From: Zygophlyctis sp. KS116
Taxonomy: Eukaryota > Fungi > Chytridiomycota
Reading direction: 5' to 3'
Length of the DNA stretch: 22,364 nt
Assembly (NCBI GenBank): GCA_054661495.1
Contig: BAAFSQ010000164.1
Location: forward strand, 1 to 22,364
Position 1 is the stretch's first letter, and every line of letters starts with the position of its first letter. This document shows, one piece after another, positions 10,585 to 19,105 of the stretch. The notes beneath the pieces are model-generated. The model did not search any database. It saw only the letters and a list, made by a program, of their open reading frames with translations, and was not told the origin of the DNA. The position numbers and the translations under genes are program-made.

Positions 10585-12162
10585 TTAGCATTGTCGTATT
10601 AACGTCACTTGCGTACCAGTGTATCTACTATTTGTCAAAACTTGGTATTTCTTACACTTGCATTCTGCATCTTGCAGTAAAAGTGCCATTCAAACCAGGA
10701 TTGTTTTCAAGCCACCTGTTAATTTAAATTCAGAAAATAATTACAGCCAATTCAAATTCTGCAAACTACCAATTCCAACAGGAATTGAGCCTGAGAGTTG
10801 ATTGTTAGAAAGTTGACTTTTATTTAAGTTTAGAAAATAATTACAGAAAACGCAAATTTATCAAATTTCCAATCGCAGCAGGAATTGAACCTGAGAGTTG
10901 ATTGTCGTAAAGACGACTTTTATTTAAATTTAGAAAATAATTACAGATGAGTCAATTTTACCAAGTTTTCAATCTCTTGAGGAATTGAACCTGAGAGTTG
11001 ATTGTTGAAAAGTTGACTTTTCATATAAATTTAGAAACAAATTACAGGTCACGCAAATTTACCAAATTTCCAATCGAGGCAGGGATCGAACCTGAGAGTT
11101 GATTGCTGTCAAGATGACTTGAATTTAAATTTAGAAAATAATTACAGCCATTCCAAGTTTATCAAATTTCCGATCTCTGGAGGAATTGATCCTGAAAGCA
11201 CTCTATAAGACCAAATTATCCGAATAACATTGGTTTTAGTAGAATCACAAGTGATGCCAGACATAGGCATAGTACAACAACTGTTATCCGAAGATAAGAT
11301 CCCTGTAGGAATATATTTGGCCATTTTTGTCCATGATGCAAGAACCCAACAGCATTGGTGCGAAGTAGAAGTGCACGAAAAGCAACTAGACGAACTAGTC
11401 GACCCAGGAGAAGAATATTGACCGTCTGGACACAATGTGCAACTATTCGAATCGGCAGTAGATGAGTATTGACCTGCTGGGCAGGAATTGCAGCTAGCCG
11501 ACCCAGGAGAAGAAAATTGACCTGCTGGACACAAAGCGCAACTTGTTGAGCCAGCAGTAGATGAATATTGACCCGCGGGACACGATGCGCAACTAGTCGA
11601 GCCAGCAGAAGAAGAGTATTGACCAGCTGGACAAGAGGTACATTTGCCAGTAGAGGAAGAGTAAAATCGACCTGCCGGACAGTTTATATTAACTGAAGTT
11701 CCAGTCACATTTCTATGCATTTCATAAGAAAATGTATTACATAACCATTATATCTACTTGAGTAGTTGGCGGCGTGAAAGATCCATTCAATTGAAGATTA
11801 TTGGAAACGTCACTGTAGATTATAAGCTGTTTAAAAAGTTACAGTTGAGTTAACCTAGTCAACATTGCTAGTTCGCTGGGCATAGAATTCAACAGATTTT
11901 GAGCTGTCCAGTTTATCTTAGTAACTTTGTTAGTATCACAGGTCACGCCAGACATGGGCATAGTACAACAACTGTTATCCAAAGCTGAGATCCCTATAGG
12001 AATAGCTTTGCCCATCGCTTGCCATGATTTTACTGCCAAACAGCAGTGGTAGGAAGAAGAAGAAGAAGACTTTGTCGATTTGCAAGAACTCTGGGATTGC
12101 ACTCCAGAGATGATTCCAGACAGAGCTAAAGCTAAGAGAGGCTTGATAATTTCAAGTTTCAT
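10585..12162 (-). CDS. Secreted two-domain plant-type LRR protein with a Cys-rich (GCC2/GCC3-like) repeat linker, 449 aa, 9 exons
   Basis: Exons 12162-11843, 11812-11741, 11712-11146, 11117-11046, 11016-10945, 10916-10845, 10816-10745, 10715-10656, 10627-10585 total 1350 nt and are fully open. Introns are 28-30 nt, all phase 2. Signal peptide MKLEIIKPLLALALSGIISGVQS; LRR consensus LxxLxLxxNQLSGSIPxxIGNL; no transmembrane segment seen. Confidence 0.9.
10716..11145 (-). repeat. Tandem ~100-nt exon+intron repeat (4 exons of 72 nt, 5 introns of 28-29 nt)
   Basis: Invariant CAATCAACTCTCAGG in all four exons. Introns follow GTAATTATTTTCTAAATTTAAAT.AAG; introns 10817-10844 and 10917-10944 differ at 1 of 28 nt. 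Confidence 0.95.
11373..11681 (-). repeat. Six coding Cys-rich repeats (CPAGQYSS..GSTSC..), mostly 48-51-nt units
   Basis: Visible in the translation of ORF 11142-11720. A higher-order 99-nt duplication is shown by GACCCAGGAGAAGAA at 11401 and 11500. Confidence 0.9.
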
Positions 12163-12184
12163 TGTTTTTGAAAGAACAACTGGA

Positions 12185-12252
12185 ACGTCATCAAAGTATT
12201 AATCTTCCTTATGATACGTCATCAAAGTATGACATCCTATGATACGTCATCA
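12185..12252 (-). promoter_or_regulatory. Triplicated TGATGACGT (CRE/bZIP-like) element upstream of the LRR gene
   Basis: ACGTCATCA at 12185, 12216 and 12244, inside longer duplicated blocks (ACGTCATCAAAGTAT x2, TATGATACGTCATCA x2), 23-90 nt upstream of ATG 12162. Confidence 0.45.
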
Positions 12253-12625
12253 GCTTTCTTTAATGATAGTCTTTAACAAAGTGATCCAATTATAATATCT
12301 GAAGCTATTCTTTTTTTCATATTGCAGGTCAATGTATTTTACTTCCTGGTGCACTATCCAATGATAAACTCCCCAAAGCACCATGATTTGTCCCCGGAGC
12401 ACCACTATTATTTATGGATTACATGTTTAACATATCATAATAATGTTGATCATTCCTCAAATGCAAAAGAATTAATAATCTTCAATCAAGAAATCGATTA
12501 AAAATGCAAGAAAGTAGAGAAAACAATGAAGATAACGGGAAACAAACGGTTCTGTGCCGGAAAATAATGAGGATTTTTCCTGGTGCCGTTTGCAGCCCCA
12601 GTCACTGATTTTGGCGGTCAAGTTT

Positions 12626-12940
12626 ATGGATCATGAAATATTATTGGAATTGGCAGAGAATCCAAAATCTTTGCAATACTCTTGGGATAGTAATATTCGT
12701 CCGGTTTTAGGAAATTATTTTAGAGATTTTGGATTTGAGGATTTAATTGAATATTTAGAAAATTATTCTAGTCCTCCATTCACTATTCAAAGAATAGCAG
12801 AAATATTATTAAATCCTGCTCCGCTAAATATAAATTCTAAATGCAAGAGAGCTCTTGAAAAATGTCTTAAAGTCTCTACAACCATTAATCAGATTCAAAA
12901 CAAGGATTTAGAACTAAAGGATGACATGATGCAGCTTTAA
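12626..12940 (+). CDS. PPP4R2: Protein phosphatase 4 regulatory subunit 2 (PPP4R2/Psy4-like), minimal 104-aa form
   Basis: First in-frame ATG at 12626; signature PPFTIQRIAEILLNP...KRALEKCLKVSTT. Confidence 0.8.
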   Translation: MDHEILLELAENPKSLQYSWDSNIRPVLGNYFRDFGFEDLIEYLENYSSPPFTIQRIAEILLNPAPLNINSKCKRALEKCLKVSTTINQIQNKDLELKDDMMQL

Positions 12941-13630
12941 TATTGATTTTTTGATTTAAAAAATGTATAATGTAATACAATCTCTGAAACATCCTTCATC
13001 CAAGGATCAGATGCAAATTCTGGATCAATATAAAAGAAAACTGGCATATCTACTTCTTCTTTTGGTGCTAATTTTTGTTCCTCTAGAATTAAAATCTAAA
13101 AATTACCAAAACAAAAACATTGAATCTTGTTAAAATATTGAGCTGCTTTACCTGGTGCAACAGAATATGTAGAAATTCCAACAAGATCATTATCAGATGG
13201 ATTATAAGCCTTGAAAAAGGTTAATGCAGTTTCTCCTGGTACAACAGTTAATTGCGATACTTCTATTAGATTTAGATTTCTAAAAAGATTGAATACCTGG
13301 TACAAATTTCCATTTCATTTGATCAGAAATTGAAGATGTAAACTTTACCTTTATGGGTTTAGAGTCTGTAAGTGGTGTCATTGATTCCGGTTCGAATTTA
13401 TGGCCTATTTTAAGTCTATAGAGTTTACCAATGGAAGTTTTAGGAGTTCCGTCGAGTCCTGTTTGTGTACAAATCATTTGGTAAATTGGCACTGCAAGAT
13501 AACTTGCTCCAATCATTGCAACTATTAATGATGCTCCATAGTATAATGCAGTTTTGTTATCATGTTCTTTTTTAGTATTATATCCTCTTTTTAGAATCCA
13601 ATGAATTCTTTGACGATGAAATTTCAACAT
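12937..13630 (-). CDS. COX11: Cytochrome c oxidase copper chaperone COX11, 4 exons
   Basis: Introns 13405-13428 (24 nt), 13263-13296 (34 nt), 13083-13106 (24 nt). Motifs SYLAVPIYQMIC.QTG, VVPGETALTFF, YFNKIQCFCFEEQKL, EEVDMPVFFYIDPEF. The last exon is absent from the ORF track. Confidence 0.96.
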
Positions 13631-13665
13631 TTTGCAACACTACCGCAACCTCAAGAAGTGGGCTG

Positions 13666-16333
13666 CTAATTGTTTAATTGTAGCTGAAGATTTATAATCT
13701 AGATTTTATATTAAAGAAAAATTACCTGGACATTGACTCCTTTGACAGTGTCTGGAGGAATATCATCAGATTTTACACTTGTTTTCTAATATTTATAAAG
13801 TATTAAATACATTTAAAGTCAATGATTGGGTCCTAGGAATGGTTTGAGTTGTCCTTGGTTTAATTTTAGAGTTGAAAGTAGTAGATTGTCTGATTTGGAA
13901 TTTTTCTTTAGAGGTGGTTGGAGTGTCCGATAATTTTGAAGGTTTGGATTTTATCTTGAATGAATTGGATTTTGTTTTTAGTTTTGATTTACGTTTTATA
14001 ATTCGTAGTCCTTCTTCATCAGAAGAGGTGTCAGAGTCTGAAGATCCAAAAGTTTCAAGAAAATTTGAATTTCCTTGTCCGATTTCCTCTTTAATTTTGG
14101 AAAATATACTATTGACTAGAGTATTTGTAGATTTGATTTTATGGTTTAGAGGTTTTATTTCTGATTCTGCTGCAACTGCAACAGGAACAGCAACTGCGCC
14201 TGCACCTGTGATTATATTTAGTGGTGGATTTTCAATATAGAAATAATCATAGAGTGTCCGACCAAACATTTGTCCCATATTTTCTAAATGTTGTATAGTA
14301 TAAAAGAATCCCTTGTCTATTCCAACATCGGATCCACAAAATGAGGCTTCCATTGTAAAACTATTTGTAATTCCAAAATTCTTCCAAAGTGCAATCTAAA
14401 ATGTTTAGATTACAAGGATAAATTACTCTTCCTGTTCCTTCCTTGCTTTTTTGGATCTTGAATTGACACTTTTTAAAGAAAAATAAGTCTGGTGCTCTTT
14501 GAGATAAAAGGAATGGAAAAACTCTTTCAGAATGGCGTTTTTCTTCATCATGATCATTATGACATCCATACATAAAAATTCCATTTTTTCTATTATGTCC
14601 CTAGCTTTAAAGGAAAGATAAATTACATGTAAATCACAATATAAAACTATTTCTCGTTCTTCTAGGAGTCGGCTGATCATGCTTTTTACTATATTGACTT
14701 CTGGTGCACCAGCTAGATTTGATAACCAGTGACGATTAAGATCATAACCATTTAAATTACATCTATGATTTCCTACAATAACTCCATCTAAAGTTTAGAT
14801 TGAATAGAAATTATACCTGGGTTAACCATTGGAATTACTCTGATTATAAAGTTATCTCGAAGATATTTAGCATGAGAATCAGAACTTAGAATAAATTCAA
14901 GGAATCCTCTCATCATCCAGCTGGAATTGGTTTCTCCTGGATGAGCTCTAGCAGAAAGTACAATAGCTTTTCTAGATTTAAGATGTTCAGGAGATTCTGC
15001 TTTAGATGTAATACTAAGCATATCAATATAATTGCCTCCAAATGACTTTCCTAATATACTATGCTTGAATAATTCGGACTTTTCAGAATCTTTTTTGAGA
15101 TTGTGTATATATAATTGAAGATCTGAGTAAGTATATGGGAAACAATGGGCAAAATATACTGTATCATTATCATGCTTAAATCTGGCTGAAAAAGAAAGAG
15201 TATTAAGCGGCCGTTTTGATTCCTCATCAATCTTATTTGGAGCGTATGTCACATCAAATCCGATTCTTTGCCATCCTATTTCTAACATTAGATCATATTA
15301 ATTTACTATTTTCTTCAAAATTTCTATTTGAAAACATTAGAGGTCGCATTCCTTTTGCGTATAGACAATTAGGCTTCATCAAATTAATTATATGAAATCG
15401 ATAAGCTGTATTAGCCTTGATATTTTTGACTTGAAAATAGAACCACTGAGTATGTCCGTGCGTACTTAAATCAGGGCGCACGGTAAGAATATAAGCATCC
15501 TTGTCTAAACTAAGTTTTAACATATAAGGCATTCATTTACATTTTTTCAGCCTTTTGGAGATTTCCAGATTCGAATCTGGACTCGAATAATAGCGTGCAA
15601 TCGTTTTGATCCTTCAATGAATAACATTGTTCCTATTATATTAATAAATAGAGTCTACATTTATTTTTGAGAAGTCGGCCTGATATACAACTGTAGTAAT
15701 GGCTTTGGCTAAATCAGGCGCCTCTGATAATACTTTTCTTGGATCAAACTTTTCAATCGTTTCATTAAAATATTCAGGATATGATACTTGCGGACTTGGT
15801 AAGGCTGAATTCATTTGTTTTGGCCATTTTGGTGCAGGTTTTTCTTCATAGATGGATGATAATGCTTTTGGACCTTTGATGATGACATTTTGCTTTTCAG
15901 GGATATCATTAGGTGACGATTCAATTGGATTCGTGATTTCTATATTATCCAATACTAATATAATTAATTACTATATCAACTTACTTTGTAACTCTTTAAT
16001 CTTTAACTCGTCGATCTTCTGTTCCTTTCGGACATCTAAACTTGGAACAGCACTTTGGTTAGGGGTATTTGCGGCTCTTTCAGGTATAATTATATGTTGA
16101 TTTTGTTCTTCATTTTTCTCTGCAGGCATCTCTTTAGCCTTCATTAAACTCTGATCTTTGTTTTTGGGCAATGGCAAGGGAGTTGGCTTTAATTGTTTCG
16201 ACTGATTAATCTCCTGCTGCTTGATCAATGGCCTACTAGGCGGAGTCACAGCATGTACAGCAGGTGTCTGATTCTGTATCATTTCAAGTGGGGAAACTTT
16301 AATAAGTCTGGAATACTTTTTTCTTGGATCCAT
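13666..16333 (-). CDS. Cytosolic carboxypeptidase (Nna1/CCP/AGBL family, M14D tubulin deglutamylase), 10 exons
   Basis: Introns 15955-15984, 15633-15658, 15510-15540, 15282-15306, 14788-14816, 14601-14626, 14396-14426, 13786-13810, 13699-13725 (25-31 nt). Splicing restores FESRFESGNL, HTQWFYF, PYTYSDL, ARAHPGETNSSW, NPDGVIVGNHR..DLNR, DLHGH and FTMEASF. The last two small exons are less certain. Confidence 0.93.
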
Positions 16334-16361
16334 CAGGCTTAATACAAAGTTGGATGACGTA

Positions 16362-17655
16362 CTATCTATTATGAAAACTACGTTTGCATGATAAACTACA
16401 AAACTTGTATAATAATGGTAATGATATAATTGGATGCATATTTATGAATTCAAGAGAGAAATATGTGAACTTGTCGCAGTCGCTTGAATGCGTAAATATG
16501 TCTGTACATTGATCGCAAAACGTGAATTTTTGTCGATTGAATCTCCATCCAACCTTTGATATTCCTTTCAAACCTATTTTATTTATGCACAGAGTTTCAA
16601 GTGAAGATATGTATGGGAATGTAAACGTGCTTTTCTTTAACAGATTATTATCTGATAGATTTAGTACCCGACACTCCAACTCCTTGATTCTTGATGTAAT
16701 TGTCATCAATTTATTGAAACTTAGATCCAAATATCTGATTTTTGATTTGATGGTCTTATCGTAATCCATTTGATCACCAGTTAAACATTTCAAATCATTG
16801 TTTTTCAAATTTAAATATTCCAGATTTGGTAGATAGAGAATGCTTTCAGGAACATAAATTATATTATTTGATGCAGCATCAAGCGTTTTTAGATTCTTTG
16901 GCAGCTGATCATAATCTATCTTTTTAATATTATTGTTGAATATGCTGAATGTGTTCAAATTTGGAAAGAAGTGAAGCCCAAAAAATGTTTCTAACATGTT
17001 GTTACCCAATCCCAGATCACATAAATTAGATAAATTTACAAAAGAAGGAGCCAATCTTTTCAATTGATTATTACTTAAATTTAGCCACATCAAAGATGAA
17101 AGATTTCCAAAACTTCTAGGAAGATTTGTAATTGCATTCCCACTTAAATCTAAAGTCTCCAAGTTTGTAAGATTTCCAAAAGCACAAGGCAATTGAGTGA
17201 TATCATTGTTACATGCAATCAATGTCCGAAGATTTAAAAGATTCGATAGTGTTGCAGGCAACTCTTGTAGTCCACAATATCCGATTGACAGAATTGCCAA
17301 TTGATCTAATCTATCAATACTAATAGTCAGATTATTGATTGGATTGTATGATATATTTAATGCTTCGAGTGAAAACTTCAAAAGTTGCGGGGGCAATACG
17401 CTGAGCTCATTATGAGAAATATCCAAGATCTTCAATCCGTACAGATTCTCGACAATCAAATCATCCAGACTGGTAAAATCTGTTTTTAATGGTTGCATAA
17501 TTACGATTAAATGAAATGTCAAGTTTGCGGATCTCATCCAATCGCTGATCAAAATCGATTGGAAGCTGCCGAAGAAAACAATTCGATAAATTCAAATTCC
17601 AAAATTGATTCTCCTTCTTGTCTGGATAGTATCCTAGTGATAATGATGAGCCCAT
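16362..17655 (-). CDS. Cytoplasmic LRR protein with an N-myristoylation motif and an LRRC58/LRRC28-like Cys-containing C-terminus, 2 exons
   Basis: Intron 17480-17504 (25 nt) gives KLDISFNHFTSLDDL and joins the two track ORFs. Starts MGSSLS, has multiple LxxLxLSxNxL repeats, and ends SLETLC...FCDQC...LPLLYKFCSLSC. Confidence 0.85.
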
Positions 17656-17746
17656 TCAACGGTTTTTGAGTGACGAAACTCAATGTCTAAAATGTCCGAA
17701 AGTTGTGTGCATTTACATTTTAATTATTTATTTTAAATTTTGAGAA

Positions 17747-19072
17747 TCAGCATAGAGGAGGCACATCTGGATCATCAACAAAATCACATGGTATAGTTTT
17801 TTCGGATTCAGAGGATCTTACATCCACAATCCCTCTTTTTAAATCAATTTTCTGATCTAATTTGACTTGCTCCAAAATATTTCTAATATTGACAGCTTCT
17901 TTTGGCTCAAATAAGCGGTCATATCTTCTATTTCGACCTTTTTCTGCTTTTAAAGCTTCTTTTTGAAGCGCATCTTTCTGCCGAGATTCAATATATTCTT
18001 CTTGGACAATTTTTTTCAAATCCTGATTTGTAAATTCTGATTTCAGCATTGTTAGTAATAAATGTCCGGTGGCTTTACTTCTTTCACAAATAACTGAAGA
18101 TACTTGAATGTCTTGAGAAGTTACAAGTTGTAAAATCTTGTCTTTTATGGTAACTCTAACCCATTTTTCATTTAAATCTACATTTACAAGACTTGTATCT
18201 ATAAATTTTGAAATTTCTACATCCAAAACTAAAGTTTTACTTGTTTCGGACCACTTAAAATTCCATTTTCCTTCATTTTTTTGTAAGATTCTTCCATCTT
18301 TAGTGAATAGTAAATTATCCTTTGAAACTTTTTCCTTTTTCTTTGCATTTTCAGGCTTCTCTTTAAGTTTTTCATAGTCTCTAGCAGCCTGCAATCTTGC
18401 TTGTGGAGTGTGAGGAGTTAGTTTAGTCTGAAATCCACTTCTTTTTTCTTCTATTCCTTCTTCTGGCTCTTCTGCTGCAGGAGCGATTTCTAATTCTAAT
18501 TCATTCGGAGATCCCAAATCCTCTTTTTCTTGTAAAAACCGTGATTTTATCTCTTCAAACTCTTGTCTTGCTTCTATTCTTTCAGAAATTTCAATTTCTC
18601 TAGAGTCCAAAATCTTTAATTGTGGCAAAACTGTAATCACGAATTTCCTATATCCTTCTTTCAAAGTACACGGATTTCCTGTTAAATATAGCTCTCTTAG
18701 CCTTTCTAATTTGACCAAAGATTCCACATCCAGAGGATTTTTAATGAAATTGACTGTTAAATCCAACTTTTCCAATGACTCTAGTCCTTGTAAATTTTCA
18801 ATTTTTGTAATATTATTCAATGCAACCTGAAGATATTTCAGACTTTTGAGTTTAGACAGATTTTCTAGCTTTGAAATTTGGTTATTCTGAAGATAGAGTA
18901 TTTCCAAATTTCTTACCAACTCCAGATTTTCTATTTTCTCGATATCAAACTGATGTAGAGTAATTTCCTTTAGAGTAGTTAGTTCTCCGTCATTATGCTC
19001 TGCTCTTTTCTTTAATAGCTGTAAAGTAACTAGAATTTAGTAATAAGTCTCAAATATACTTTTCTCGCCCAT
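17747..19072 (-). CDS. DNAAF11: Dynein axonemal assembly factor 11 (LRRC6/tilB), 2 exons
   Basis: A 13-nt first exon (19072-19060) and intron 19030-19059 (30 nt) give MGEKITLQLLKKRAEHNDGELTTLKEITLHQ. Also LEKLDLTVNFI, LYLTGNPC, CS-like QKNEGKW..ERSKATGHL and terminal DDPDVPPLC. Confidence 0.95.
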
Positions 19073-19105
19073 CCAAGTTTCTCTTTCTAGTCGTTTGCGG
19101 AGAAA

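Noticed and set aside
10716-11145. Regularly spaced AT-rich repeats with ~72-nt 'spacers', resembling a CRISPR array
   Set aside because: The repeats are GT-AG introns, the spacers are homologous LRR exons, the context is eukaryotic and no cas genes are present.
12610-12617. E2F-like TTTGGCGG before PPP4R2
   Set aside because: A single short match only 8 nt from the ATG; cannot be distinguished from chance.
18887-18916. Intron-like 30-mer GTAAGA...CTTCAG in DNAAF11
   Set aside because: It encodes VRNLEILYLQ, a conserved LRR strand of LRRC6, so removing it would break the domain.
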